From: a virus
Taxonomy: Duplodnaviria; Caudoviricetes
Direction: 5' to 3' (one strand)
Length of the DNA stretch: 50,782 bases
Virus record (IMG/VR): IMGVR_UViG_3300037607_000006
Coordinates: 1-50,782 of that record
The translations under genes and the position numbers were made by a program. The first letter of the stretch is position 1; every line of letters begins with the position of its first letter. Shown one piece after another: positions 1 through 7,782 of the stretch. The notes beneath the pieces were generated by a model, which searched no databases, was not told where the DNA came from, and saw only the letters and a program-made list of their open reading frames with translations.

Positions 1-1
1 C

Positions 2-95
2 GACCGATCATCTCAAACTCGTTAATGCCAGCCAGCCGCGCCGCCTTCTTGACCTTCGGGTGATTGCGTATACTCTGATGAGATTCAATCCACAT
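2..95 (-). CDS. N-terminal part of phage replication initiator (continues across the circular junction into 50782..50106)
   Basis: ATG at 95 with upstream GGAG; reads MWIESHQSIRNHPKVKKAARLAGINEFEMIGR and joins in frame to LHCLWWWALDYAQDG at the window end if 1 redundant C is dropped. Confidence 0.8.
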   Translation of the reverse strand, partial: MWIESHQSIRNHPKVKKAARLAGINEFEMIG

Positions 96-114
96 CGCTC
101 TTGCTCCAGTCTGC

Positions 115-265
115 AAACAAAAAACGCTCTGAATGCTGGGTCTGTGTCTGTGCGTGGAAGTGACGGTGCAAGTCGTCAAAGGCCAGTACACAGACGCAGC
201 ATTCAAAGCGTCTTAGTTCTTGCACCGCCGCTTCCACACGGCAGAGATTTTTGTCATTCTCTCAT
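115..265 (-). promoter_or_regulatory. attenuator-like leader with alternative helices, a U-tract and short leader ORFs
   Basis: 188-211 pairs with 124-147 followed by a U-tract; 219-239 pairs with 152-172; leader ORF 257..213. Confidence 0.6.
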
Positions 266-270
266 AGTCC

Positions 271-289
271 ATTATACCATGCGTGTCAA
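271..289 (-). promoter_or_regulatory. short-spacer promoter-like motif TTGACA-N7-TATAAT
   Basis: cTTGACAcgcaTGgTATAAT on minus strand. Confidence 0.55.
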
Positions 290-603
290 GCGTCGATCTC
301 TACAATCTCGATCCCGTACAGCGCCTCGACGAGTTTCTTTTTCAGCCGATACACCGGCGTCCTCACGCCCTTGACATCCTCCACGATCACCTTGCCGTGT
401 TCGATGTACCGGAAGTCTGCAATGTACGTAGCGACATTCTGGCCGTTGACGACGCATTTGTAGTGCGGCTGCAATTCCAGGTCGGTAATCTCACCGGCGC
501 TCTGCAACAGTATCAACTCGGAGTAGCGCCGCGCCTCGGCTGCGCTGGCGAAGCGGATACCGTCTACGGTGGTAGCGCGGGCGTGGTACTTGCTGAGGGT
601 CAC
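286..603 (-). CDS. DUF1064-like PD-(D/E)XK nuclease
   Basis: SKYHA..TVDGIRFAS..EARRY, YIADFRY, VEDVKG motifs. Confidence 0.85.
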   Translation of the reverse strand: MTLSKYHARATTVDGIRFASAAEARRYSELILLQSAGEITDLELQPHYKCVVNGQNVATYIADFRYIEHGKVIVEDVKGVRTPVYRLKKKLVEALYGIEIVEIDA

Positions 604-896
604 GGCTCGCCTCGGATTGAGTTGATGACCGCCTGAGCATTTTGCTGATTGACCCTGACAAGTTCTGCGTGTAAGCGTTCATTCTCGTGCTGCGCCTGCT
701 CCAACTTCCGCGCCAGTTCGTCGCGCTCGGCTTCCAGTTGCGCGGCGCGGGATTCGGCGGCTTCATCCTCAATAAATCCGACAGTAGGATCAACTCCGCT
801 ATCATATGGCCAGCGTGTAGCATAGATGCCCAAAAACTGTACCGGAACTCCCTCTGTCAATTCAACTAATTTGAACACCATCCCCTCATCTCCCAT
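600..896 (-). CDS. hypothetical coiled-coil protein
   Basis: ORF overlaps next gene by 4 nt; heptad-rich C-terminus. Confidence 0.6.
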   Translation of the reverse strand: MGDEGMVFKLVELTEGVPVQFLGIYATRWPYDSGVDPTVGFIEDEAAESRAAQLEAERDELARKLEQAQHENERLHAELVRVNQQNAQAVINSIRGEP

Positions 897-988
897 TCCC
901 GCCGCCGCGCTTAGGCGTTCTGTTATTCGCCGTTACGATGCGCTTCTGTGTCGCACCGTGAGATTTGTCACGCGGCAGCGGGTTGATG

Positions 989-1594
989 TCAGGCTTGCGC
1001 CAGGGCAATTGTCACGATGTTCTTGTACGGCTTTCCGTTCTTGTTCTTGTTGGTGCTGGGCGACCAATCGATAACGGCGTTGATTGCATATTCGCTGGCG
1101 ACCATGTGAGACAACTCAAATGCGCCAATCGGACGGAGTAATGCAACCGCCTCAGCCGGTGTCTTTGTTGCCCTGATGTCTGCGTATTGATGACCCGCTT
1201 CAAAGAAGTTTAGATTAACTTTACCATCAGGGCGAGGCTCAATCTGCAATTTTACGGCGCGGATCGTCTGCACGGCACTCTGAGTGGCGGGATTCGTTGC
1301 GCCTGGAACTGCTGGCGCTGGCGTAACTGTCTGCGCGGTTACGGCTGGATGTTCGATGTTGATTGCATCAGCCGCCGCTTGGCTTGATGGCGCTCCAGTC
1401 TTGTCTAGCCATTCATTCCACCACTTGATCGCCTTCGCCATGTTAAGCAAGTCGTCTTTATCCACATGGGATCGGCAGGTGATTTGCCAGTCATATCCGC
1501 CAATGCGGGCGCGTACATTCGCGCTGCACGGTGCCTCGGTTGAGTGCTGAGGCTGAATCTGTTTGGATATTACTGTTTCTACTTGCTCTGCCAT
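989..1594 (-). CDS. hypothetical protein (possible ssDNA-binding/OB-like C-terminal domain)
   Basis: AGGAG RBS; 201 aa; C-terminal W..S..KNKNGKPYKNIV resembles phage SSB-like proteins (weak). Confidence 0.55.
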   Translation of the reverse strand: MAEQVETVISKQIQPQHSTEAPCSANVRARIGGYDWQITCRSHVDKDDLLNMAKAIKWWNEWLDKTGAPSSQAAADAINIEHPAVTAQTVTPAPAVPGATNPATQSAVQTIRAVKLQIEPRPDGKVNLNFFEAGHQYADIRATKTPAEAVALLRPIGAFELSHMVASEYAINAVIDWSPSTNKNKNGKPYKNIVTIALAQA

Positions 1595-1657
1595 CGTGTC
1601 ATCTCCTGTTAAGGTGTGATGTTCCGGTGCCTGTGTCGTGTGCGTGGTAGGCGCTGC

Positions 1658-2083
1658 TTACCAATGGCCCTCCATCCAGTCGTCATGCTCGATTGGCTCG
1701 GTATCGCCGCAGAGCATCCGCATATGCGCGTCGAAGTCGGCTGTCTGATCGGCAACCCATTCCAGAAAATCATCGCGCTTCTGCGCTGCCAACTTCGCGC
1801 CCTGGGCGTCTCCGTCGCGCTTCCACGCCTCACGCTGCGCGTCGGTTGACCATTTGCGATCTACCTCTTGCGATCCGTCGATGTGCTGCACCATGACGAC
1901 ACGGGGCGGTAGCACCGCGCAACTTCGGCCCAGCAACAGGTCAACATCGTTACGCTGGCCCGCCGGAACCGTCGCCAGTTTCGCGTCAATCGCCTTGACG
2001 CGCTTCGAGTCGGTCAGGCCATCGCGCCGATTGGTCAGGCGGTTGCGCTTTGCAATTTGGGCGTCAATCTGTTCGTTGGTCAT
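1658..2083 (-). CDS. hypothetical protein
   Basis: GGAG RBS, ATGA overlap with upstream HTH gene. Confidence 0.65.
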   Translation of the reverse strand: MTNEQIDAQIAKRNRLTNRRDGLTDSKRVKAIDAKLATVPAGQRNDVDLLLGRSCAVLPPRVVMVQHIDGSQEVDRKWSTDAQREAWKRDGDAQGAKLAAQKRDDFLEWVADQTADFDAHMRMLCGDTEPIEHDDWMEGHW

Positions 2084-2334
2084 GATGTTTTCTCCATGAT
2101 TGCTTTCAACGTGCTTCCGTGCATCGCCATGAACATGGCGCGGCCTAACTGTGCAACGCGCTCATCTTCGCTGGAAATCCACGAGTCGATTCTGTCATCG
2201 CTCGGCGTGTTGGTTCCATTCTCGATCAGGCTGACAGCCTGGAACGACACTCCGAGAAGTTCCGCCGCATCGCGCAGCGTCAAGCCGTGCTGCGTGCGGA
2301 ATGAGGTCATGATGGAGGCGGGGGTAGGGGTCAT
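2080..2334 (-). CDS. Cro/CI-type (XRE) helix-turn-helix regulator
   Basis: FRTQHGLTLRDAAELLGVSFQAVSLIENG..PS HTH_3 pattern. Confidence 0.85.
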   Translation of the reverse strand: MTPTPASIMTSFRTQHGLTLRDAAELLGVSFQAVSLIENGTNTPSDDRIDSWISSEDERVAQLGRAMFMAMHGSTLKAIMEKTS

Positions 2335-2338
2335 GATG

Positions 2339-2491
2339 CTATGCCTTCCCTAATGTTTCAAGTACCGCGTCAATGGCTTTCTTGCTGAATTTAGTCCAGC
2401 CATCGCCAAAGACAGACTTGAGGGACTTAACCTGTTCGTCGGTCAATTTGTAAATCCGCTTGTATGCTTCCACCTTATTCTTGGTTGCCAT
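2339..2491 (-). CDS. small hypothetical protein (50 aa, not in ORF track)
   Basis: AGGAG RBS, MATKNKVEAYKRIYKLTDEQVKSLKSVFGDGWTKFSKKAIDAVLETLGKA; first gene after promoter at 2524-2551. Confidence 0.6.
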   Translation of the reverse strand: MATKNKVEAYKRIYKLTDEQVKSLKSVFGDGWTKFSKKAIDAVLETLGKA

Positions 2492-2523
2492 CGCGCTTGC
2501 TCCTGTCTCTTAATCTTGATTCC

Positions 2524-2551
2524 ATTATATCCATTTATCGTCGTTTGTCAA
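2524..2551 (-). promoter_or_regulatory. canonical sigma70-type promoter for leftward early genes
   Basis: TTGACA-N16-TATAAT; the -35 is one arm of TTGTCAA-N7-TTGACAA palindrome (2545-2565). Confidence 0.7.
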
Positions 2552-2701
2552 GTGGCAATTGACAAGAATACGGGGCAAATTGGCTATGCAACCTTAGAAC
2601 ATTTGATATGCTTCAAACAAAGCGCAAACCGCGCCAGCCTGGGGCGGGGCGGTATTCTGGCTTCCGACTGGGCGGGCGCGTTTATCGTGCGTGAGTTCTA
2701 C

Positions 2702-2720
2702 TTGACAATCATGTTATAAT
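2702..2720 (+). promoter_or_regulatory. short-spacer promoter-like motif TTGACA-N7-TATAAT at start of rightward region
   Basis: cTTGACAatcaTGtTATAAT upstream of GAGG RBS and ATG 2747. Confidence 0.6.
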
Positions 2721-2746
2721 GGTGTATCTCACTCTGCGAGGTACAC

Positions 2747-2977
2747 ATGACACCGACATCTGATCCCGTTCCAAGTTTCACACCGTTTCGAGTTGTCGTT
2801 TTTCTGGCTGGTCTAGTCAGCATCATTTCAGCATTGCCGAGCGTTTCTCCTGATATAAAAGTTATTCTATCCGTTGTCTCTGGCGCGCTGAGTTTAGTGC
2901 TATCTGTGTTCTTCAATGCGGGCACGAGCATCAGTTTTTATCGTCGCGCCATGAATCGTGTACGCGGTGTAAAGTAG
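2747..2977 (+). CDS. putative holin / 2-TM membrane protein
   Basis: 76 aa, two hydrophobic segments, basic C-terminus (RRAMNRVRGVK), GAGG RBS. Confidence 0.55.
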   Translation: MTPTSDPVPSFTPFRVVVFLAGLVSIISALPSVSPDIKVILSVVSGALSLVLSVFFNAGTSISFYRRAMNRVRGVK

Positions 2978-2987
2978 TGACGTTATC

Positions 2988-3013
2988 GAGCCGATCAACT
3001 GGTCGGCTCTTTT
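2988..3013 (+). terminator. intrinsic terminator
   Basis: GAGCCGATC-aact-GGTCGGCTC-TTTT. Confidence 0.7.
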
Positions 3014-3141
3014 GTATTGGCCGCATGAGGCGGCTAACCTCCTGATGCCCGCGCCGTGGGGTCATCGCATACTAATGACGGTGTGCGCTCCGAAAGGGAA
3101 TGGGGCAAGGCAAAGCAACACGGCGCGGGTGAAGGGTCGCA

Positions 3142-3624
3142 ATGCAGAGCGCCGATCTAGCCATTATCATTTCAGCCGTGGCCGTTTTGATCGGCGCGTA
3201 TGCCACGTATCGCAACAGTGTTCGCAAATCTGAGTTCGAGCGATTGCAGGCGCGCGTCGTTGATACCGAAAGGCGATTGGCTGAATCCGAAGCCAGGGCC
3301 GCAGCCAATGAGCGCAGGGCATTAGACAGTGAGCATCGCGCAGACGAATACCGGCAGGCCGTAGTTAAGATCGGTGAGGCGATGGTAGAAGAACGAACTG
3401 AGACGGCGCGAAGGCTGGCGCTGATCGTCTCGGATGGCAACGCAAAGATTCAGAAGGTTGTCATCGTCCTGGAAAAAGTCATGTCGGACCTGGAAGCCGC
3501 CACGGGTACCAAGCCCGATATTGACATGGAAGCGTTGAAGCGCCTGGTCGTCATCGATTCCGTTACGGGGCAGTTGGGGCCGCTTGACGTGGCCGCTGTG
3601 AGACGCTACGAGCAAACACACTGA
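3142..3624 (+). CDS. N-terminally anchored coiled-coil membrane protein (lysis-region protein)
   Basis: one TM (LAIIISAVAVLIGAYA) followed by long coiled coil. Confidence 0.65.
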   Translation: MQSADLAIIISAVAVLIGAYATYRNSVRKSEFERLQARVVDTERRLAESEARAAANERRALDSEHRADEYRQAVVKIGEAMVEERTETARRLALIVSDGNAKIQKVVIVLEKVMSDLEAATGTKPDIDMEALKRLVVIDSVTGQLGPLDVAAVRRYEQTH

Positions 3625-3630
3625 GATTGT

Positions 3631-3948
3631 ATGTGCAATGGCAAAGCAACGATCCTTCACAACACATTCACCATTATCGCCGCGAACGAAGCCGCTTGCG
3701 CGATGTTTAGGTGTGAGGAAGCCGACTTACTCGATCTTGATCTAGTTGAGATCATTACTGATGAATCTCTGCAAGGACTGGCGGCTCTGCGACTTAAGAC
3801 CATGCGAGAATTGCGAGATTTGGGCGATCAGGATTTACCGCTGTGGCGACCGGATGGCACAAAGTTTTGGGTCAACATCAAGACGCGGCGGCTGGAAGAA
3901 AAGTTATACCAGTCTGAGTTGAAATACAAATACGAGATTCCCACATGA
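3631..3948 (+). CDS. stand-alone PAS-domain protein
   Basis: IIAANEAACAMFRCEEADLL..DL.EII and PAC-like LWRPDGTKFWVNIKTR. Confidence 0.8.
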   Translation: MCNGKATILHNTFTIIAANEAACAMFRCEEADLLDLDLVEIITDESLQGLAALRLKTMRELRDLGDQDLPLWRPDGTKFWVNIKTRRLEEKLYQSELKYKYEIPT

Positions 3949-4361
3949 TTAACGGCCTGACTCTGCAATACCTATTTCTGATCGTGATCCTCGCCTCAAC
4001 TGTGGTCATTGCGTCAATCCGAGTCGGGGCGTTGTGGCTGCGGCTGGCGCTGATCGATCTGCTGGCGGCGATAACGGTATTCATCATCGCCGCGATTGAC
4101 CGGGCAAGCGGCGTCATGCGAGTTACGGATGAGATGGCCGATCTGATCACGCTGCTTTCTATCAGCGTGATTTTGTTTGCATTCTTCGCGGCCTATCGCC
4201 GCCGCGCTTATCTGATGCGCGCCGAGCAAGAACGTAAAAATGATCTATGGGTCAAGCATGGCGACACCATCGCCGGCCTGGAGTCAGACCGCGCCATGGA
4301 TGAACACAAGTATAACCACAATTGGAATACGATGGTCACACATCGGATCGGACCGCGCTGA
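3945..4361 (+). CDS. 3-TM membrane protein
   Basis: three hydrophobic segments, ATGA-coupled to the PAS gene. Confidence 0.7.
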   Translation: MINGLTLQYLFLIVILASTVVIASIRVGALWLRLALIDLLAAITVFIIAAIDRASGVMRVTDEMADLITLLSISVILFAFFAAYRRRAYLMRAEQERKNDLWVKHGDTIAGLESDRAMDEHKYNHNWNTMVTHRIGPR

Positions 4362-4362
4362 T

Positions 4363-4716
4363 GTGTCCAAGCACGGCGTTACCGAATGGTTGCAGGTATT
4401 TGAAGATGACCGATCGATCTTCTTTGATCTCGAAACTGATTTGCTCGTGGCGATGGACGAAGGCGGTAACATCTCTGATGTCAATCCGGCATTTGAGAAG
4501 GTGTTGGGCTACAGCAAAAGCGACGTGATGGGCAAGAGTTTAATCATGTTCATTGCGTCCGAGGATTTGAGCAAGACGGCTCCGCTGTTGTGCTTCCTCA
4601 GGCGCGGCGGCGGACAGGTGATTTGTCAGATCATTAAGTGGAGTTACAAGAAGTATCACCACTATGCCATTTTCAGAATTGTCACATCTAAGAGTGGATT
4701 GCAGGGAGCGCAATGA
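4363..4716 (+). CDS. stand-alone PAS-domain protein
   Basis: FFDLETDLLVAMDEGGNISDVNPAFEKVLGYSKSDVMGKSL is a classic PAS S-box; GTG start inferred within ORF 4240..4716. Confidence 0.85.
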   Translation: MSKHGVTEWLQVFEDDRSIFFDLETDLLVAMDEGGNISDVNPAFEKVLGYSKSDVMGKSLIMFIASEDLSKTAPLLCFLRRGGGQVICQIIKWSYKKYHHYAIFRIVTSKSGLQGAQ

Positions 4717-4868
4717 TCGAGGAAGATAGCATTGACTTTGGTTACGCCGATGGCGCCGTAGGATGCTCGTTGCCCGATCTGCGCTATACGTTGGCGCTTG
4801 TCGCGGGCGTTGCTGTTGTCGCCGTTGCGCTGGTAGTCGTGATCGTCAACAAAATGAGGTTGTGGTGA
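4713..4868 (+). CDS. small single-TM protein (51 aa, not in ORF track)
   Basis: GGGAG RBS, ATGA overlap; MIEEDSIDFG...LALVAGVAVVAVALVVVIVNKMRLW. Confidence 0.6.
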   Translation: MIEEDSIDFGYADGAVGCSLPDLRYTLALVAGVAVVAVALVVVIVNKMRLW

Positions 4869-5467
4869 CGCAGTATTACACGATGGCGATCAAAGACGGC
4901 GCGATCACTTTTACGCCAGTGGCTGAAAATCCGCCCAGCGCGCAGACGTTGATCAATGTGCCTTATCTCTCGCAACTCAGCGCGACAGCATCCTACGCTC
5001 CTGGCGACTGTGGCGCGGCATGTTTGGCGATGCTGATTAACTGGCAGGGTAAACAGATCGTGACGGTGGACGATGTGAGCAGGGCGACCGGGCAGCCGCT
5101 AGGCTATAAGGCGCTTTCATTCGATGCGATGATCCACGCGGCGGCGAAGTTCGGGTTGACGCTCAAGCATACCTACGGCTTTCTGGCCGATGACATTGAT
5201 ATAGAAATCCAGATGGGCAAGCCGCTCATTGGATTGGTCAACTACCAAAGCATCCCGCCGGCGTTGCGACGCGAGGCGCTTTACAACGCAGGTCACTGGA
5301 TCGTCGTCGTCGGCAGCGATTTGACCGGCATCACCTATCACGATCCAGACTGGCCAGATGCAAGCGGTGGCGCAAACAAGCGCATGGCTGCGGCCGATTT
5401 CATCAAGGCGTTTCAAGCCGTCGCGCCTGGGAATGCGCTGGCGTCTCATGCGCTGGTGATACGATGA
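4865..5467 (+). CDS. C39-like cysteine peptidase (candidate endolysin)
   Basis: VPYLSQ, DCGAACLAM, GHWIVVVG, YHDP catalytic Q/C/H/D motifs; GTG start inferred. Confidence 0.8.
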   Translation: MTQYYTMAIKDGAITFTPVAENPPSAQTLINVPYLSQLSATASYAPGDCGAACLAMLINWQGKQIVTVDDVSRATGQPLGYKALSFDAMIHAAAKFGLTLKHTYGFLADDIDIEIQMGKPLIGLVNYQSIPPALRREALYNAGHWIVVVGSDLTGITYHDPDWPDASGGANKRMAAADFIKAFQAVAPGNALASHALVIR

Positions 5468-5658
5468 CGGATTACATCATGGCCGAAATCGAGACGGATC
5501 GTTTGTCTGATATAGTCGCGCATCAGCGTGAGCGAGTGACGGCGCTCCCCGACGAGACGAACGACATACCGATCAATGAGGCGGTTGCGGCGTGCCAGCG
5601 CATCAGCGCGGATTTACACAAGAGCATCTATGAAACCGAAGGCGGGTGCCTGACATGA
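5464..5658 (+). CDS. hypothetical protein
   Basis: ATGA-coupled ORF. Confidence 0.55.
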   Translation: MTDYIMAEIETDRLSDIVAHQRERVTALPDETNDIPINEAVAACQRISADLHKSIYETEGGCLT

Positions 5659-5801
5659 ATCAACCAGATTGGATTTACAATGAAGCGCAGCGCATCCAAG
5701 CCGAGCGGCGACTCGCCCGCATCGAAGCCGCGATCGGCGCGGCGGTTGTTGCGGTATGGACAGTGATCATTATCGAGGCGATCAAGGGATTGGTGCATTG
5801 A
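5655..5801 (+). CDS. small single-TM protein (48 aa, not in ORF track)
   Basis: MNQPDWIYNEAQRIQAERRLARIEAAIGAAVVAVWTVIIIEAIKGLVH, coupled overlaps at both ends. Confidence 0.5.
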   Translation: MNQPDWIYNEAQRIQAERRLARIEAAIGAAVVAVWTVIIIEAIKGLVH

Positions 5802-7240
5802 ACTGGCAGAACGTCACGGTAAAACTATCTGACCTGCAACCGTGGGAGCACAACCCGCGCACGATGACGAAGCGGCAAGCGCAACGGCTACTCAAATCAT
5901 GGCAGGATTTGGGGCAGTTTCAGACTATCGCCATCGGGCCATTTATCAAGAATGGCGACGGCAAGTCGTATTGTCCGGTCTATGACGGTCATCAGCGATT
6001 GAGTGCCCTGCAAGCGGCGCACGGCGCAGCATTCCTGATCGATGCGCGCCAGTCGGATCGAGAATTGACCGACGAGGAGCGCCGCGAGTTGACCGTACAG
6101 GCCAATCTCCCGGCTGGCTCGTGGAATTGGGACGCGCTATCCGGTTGGGATGCGGCGCAGTTGCAAGAATGGGGCTTCGATCAAGAAGCGTTGAAGGCGT
6201 GGAATACGGACGCGGCGAATCTGGCGACGATGCTAACGGCAGATAAGATAGCAAATGCCGCCGCACCTGTTTCTGATGGTATCTTTACAAATGAGCAAAT
6301 CATAGATGCGGCGTTTACTTACTTTCGATCTTCTGGATTCCCGTTTTACAATTATCCTATTCATGTTTCAATGCAAGAGATAAACAAACTTTCCAGAACA
6401 GATACAGAAATTTTGTTGCATAGCGATACAGCCTATCATGTGGCAGATACTTATCATCGGCATAGGTTTTTCGTAAGTGCTGAGGGAATGAAAAGCCCTA
6501 TCGATGGATTCAATGATAATAAAATCATGCGTCGCATGATTACACTTGCAATCGAAAGCGGATATACTGTTTCTGATGGCGCGTGGGGGAAAATTTGGAT
6601 TGCGAGTGGAGTGCAGGCGGCGTCAAACTTTAGACCGGCATTCGCGCTTTATCTTTATCGCCGTTTCGCTCCTACCGGCGCTACTATATTAGATACTTCG
6701 ACCGGATACGGAGGTAGACTTGTCGGCTTCATGGCGTCTGGTCTTGATCGGTATATCGGCATTGATCCGAACATTCCGACGCACGAAGGCAATATGCGCA
6801 TGGCGCACGATTTAGGATTTACCGATCGAGTTGAGTTGTATAACCTACCCGCTGAGGATGTGTCGCATGATGCGCTTTCTAATCGTTGTGACTTTGCATT
6901 TACTTCTCCACCCTATTTTTCAAAAGAGCATTACAGCGAAGATGATACACAGTCATGGGTGAGATATAAAACGGGTGAGGACTGGCGCTGTGGATTTCTA
7001 TTGCCCATGATGCGCTTGCAGTACGTAGCACTTAAAAGCGATTCATACTCAATCGTCAACATCGCAGATGTGAAGTTGAGAAATGCAGTTTATCCGTTGG
7101 TACAATGGACTATAGACGCTGGAAAAGAATGCGGATTCGAGTTTATCAATCAAGAGCGTTTCGAGTTGACGCGGCGCTTCGGCGCTGGTCAATCCGATGA
7201 AGTATCGTATGAACCCGTTCTTATATTCAAGAAGGCATAG
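5756..7240 (+). CDS. ParB-like N-terminal domain fused to amino-DNA methyltransferase (true start probably TTG 5798)
   Basis: L.PWEHNPR and YDGHQRL (ParB/Srx-like); ILDTSTGYGGRL SAM-binding and FTSPPYF catalytic motif. Confidence 0.8.
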   Translation: MDSDHYRGDQGIGALNWQNVTVKLSDLQPWEHNPRTMTKRQAQRLLKSWQDLGQFQTIAIGPFIKNGDGKSYCPVYDGHQRLSALQAAHGAAFLIDARQSDRELTDEERRELTVQANLPAGSWNWDALSGWDAAQLQEWGFDQEALKAWNTDAANLATMLTADKIANAAAPVSDGIFTNEQIIDAAFTYFRSSGFPFYNYPIHVSMQEINKLSRTDTEILLHSDTAYHVADTYHRHRFFVSAEGMKSPIDGFNDNKIMRRMITLAIESGYTVSDGAWGKIWIASGVQAASNFRPAFALYLYRRFAPTGATILDTSTGYGGRLVGFMASGLDRYIGIDPNIPTHEGNMRMAHDLGFTDRVELYNLPAEDVSHDALSNRCDFAFTSPPYFSKEHYSEDDTQSWVRYKTGEDWRCGFLLPMMRLQYVALKSDSYSIVNIADVKLRNAVYPLVQWTIDAGKECGFEFINQERFELTRRFGAGQSDEVSYEPVLIFKKA

Positions 7241-7251
7241 GATTTAACAAT

Positions 7252-7782
7252 ATGCCTATTAACACTCATCAGAGCGACATGGTAAAAATGCGCCGTGAGT
7301 TAGTCGGCCAACTCCGCGCCAAAGGCATGACGACCCGCGAGATTGCAACGGCACTCGCACAGCGTAAAGACCCGATCGAGGTCACGCATGTTACAATCGC
7401 CTCAGATTTGAAGGCACTTAAAAAGCAATGGGCAGCGAATGCTGAAGCGTTCATCGGGGAGCATATCGCCCGCGAATTGGCCGAGATTGAAGAAGCCAAG
7501 CGCGAGGCGCGGCAGGCAGGCAATCTCGAAACGTGGGCGCGATTGCTGGCGCTAGAGATGAAACTACTCGGCACGGATGCGCCGCAAAAGACCGAGGATT
7601 GGACAAATAAAGATTGGCGAGAATATGCAAGGCAGCATGGATACAGTGAGGGCGAGGTCATTGCAGAGGCGCAGCGCATTATCGCCGCTTCAAGTCGCGG
7701 CGAATTTGTGGATCAGGCAGGAAGTGATCCAGAAGCCAGCGACGCAGACCCCGCCGAATCTGAATCAATGGATCAACGATGA
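7252..7782 (+). CDS. terS: terminase small subunit (HTH)
   Basis: LRAKGMTTREIA...TIASDL HTH; directly upstream of and overlapping TerL. Confidence 0.7.
   Translation: MPINTHQSDMVKMRRELVGQLRAKGMTTREIATALAQRKDPIEVTHVTIASDLKALKKQWAANAEAFIGEHIARELAEIEEAKREARQAGNLETWARLLALEMKLLGTDAPQKTEDWTNKDWREYARQHGYSEGEVIAEAQRIIAASSRGEFVDQAGSDPEASDADPAESESMDQR

Noticed and set aside
3040-3100. Hammerhead ribozyme or c-di-GMP/c-di-AMP riboswitch
   Set aside because: Only fragments (CTGATG, GAAA, GCAAAGC, GCTAACCTC) are present; core motifs are incomplete or in the wrong order
7577-7782. Long TerS/TerL overlap as special recoding
   Set aside because: The TerL start is uncertain and such overlaps are common
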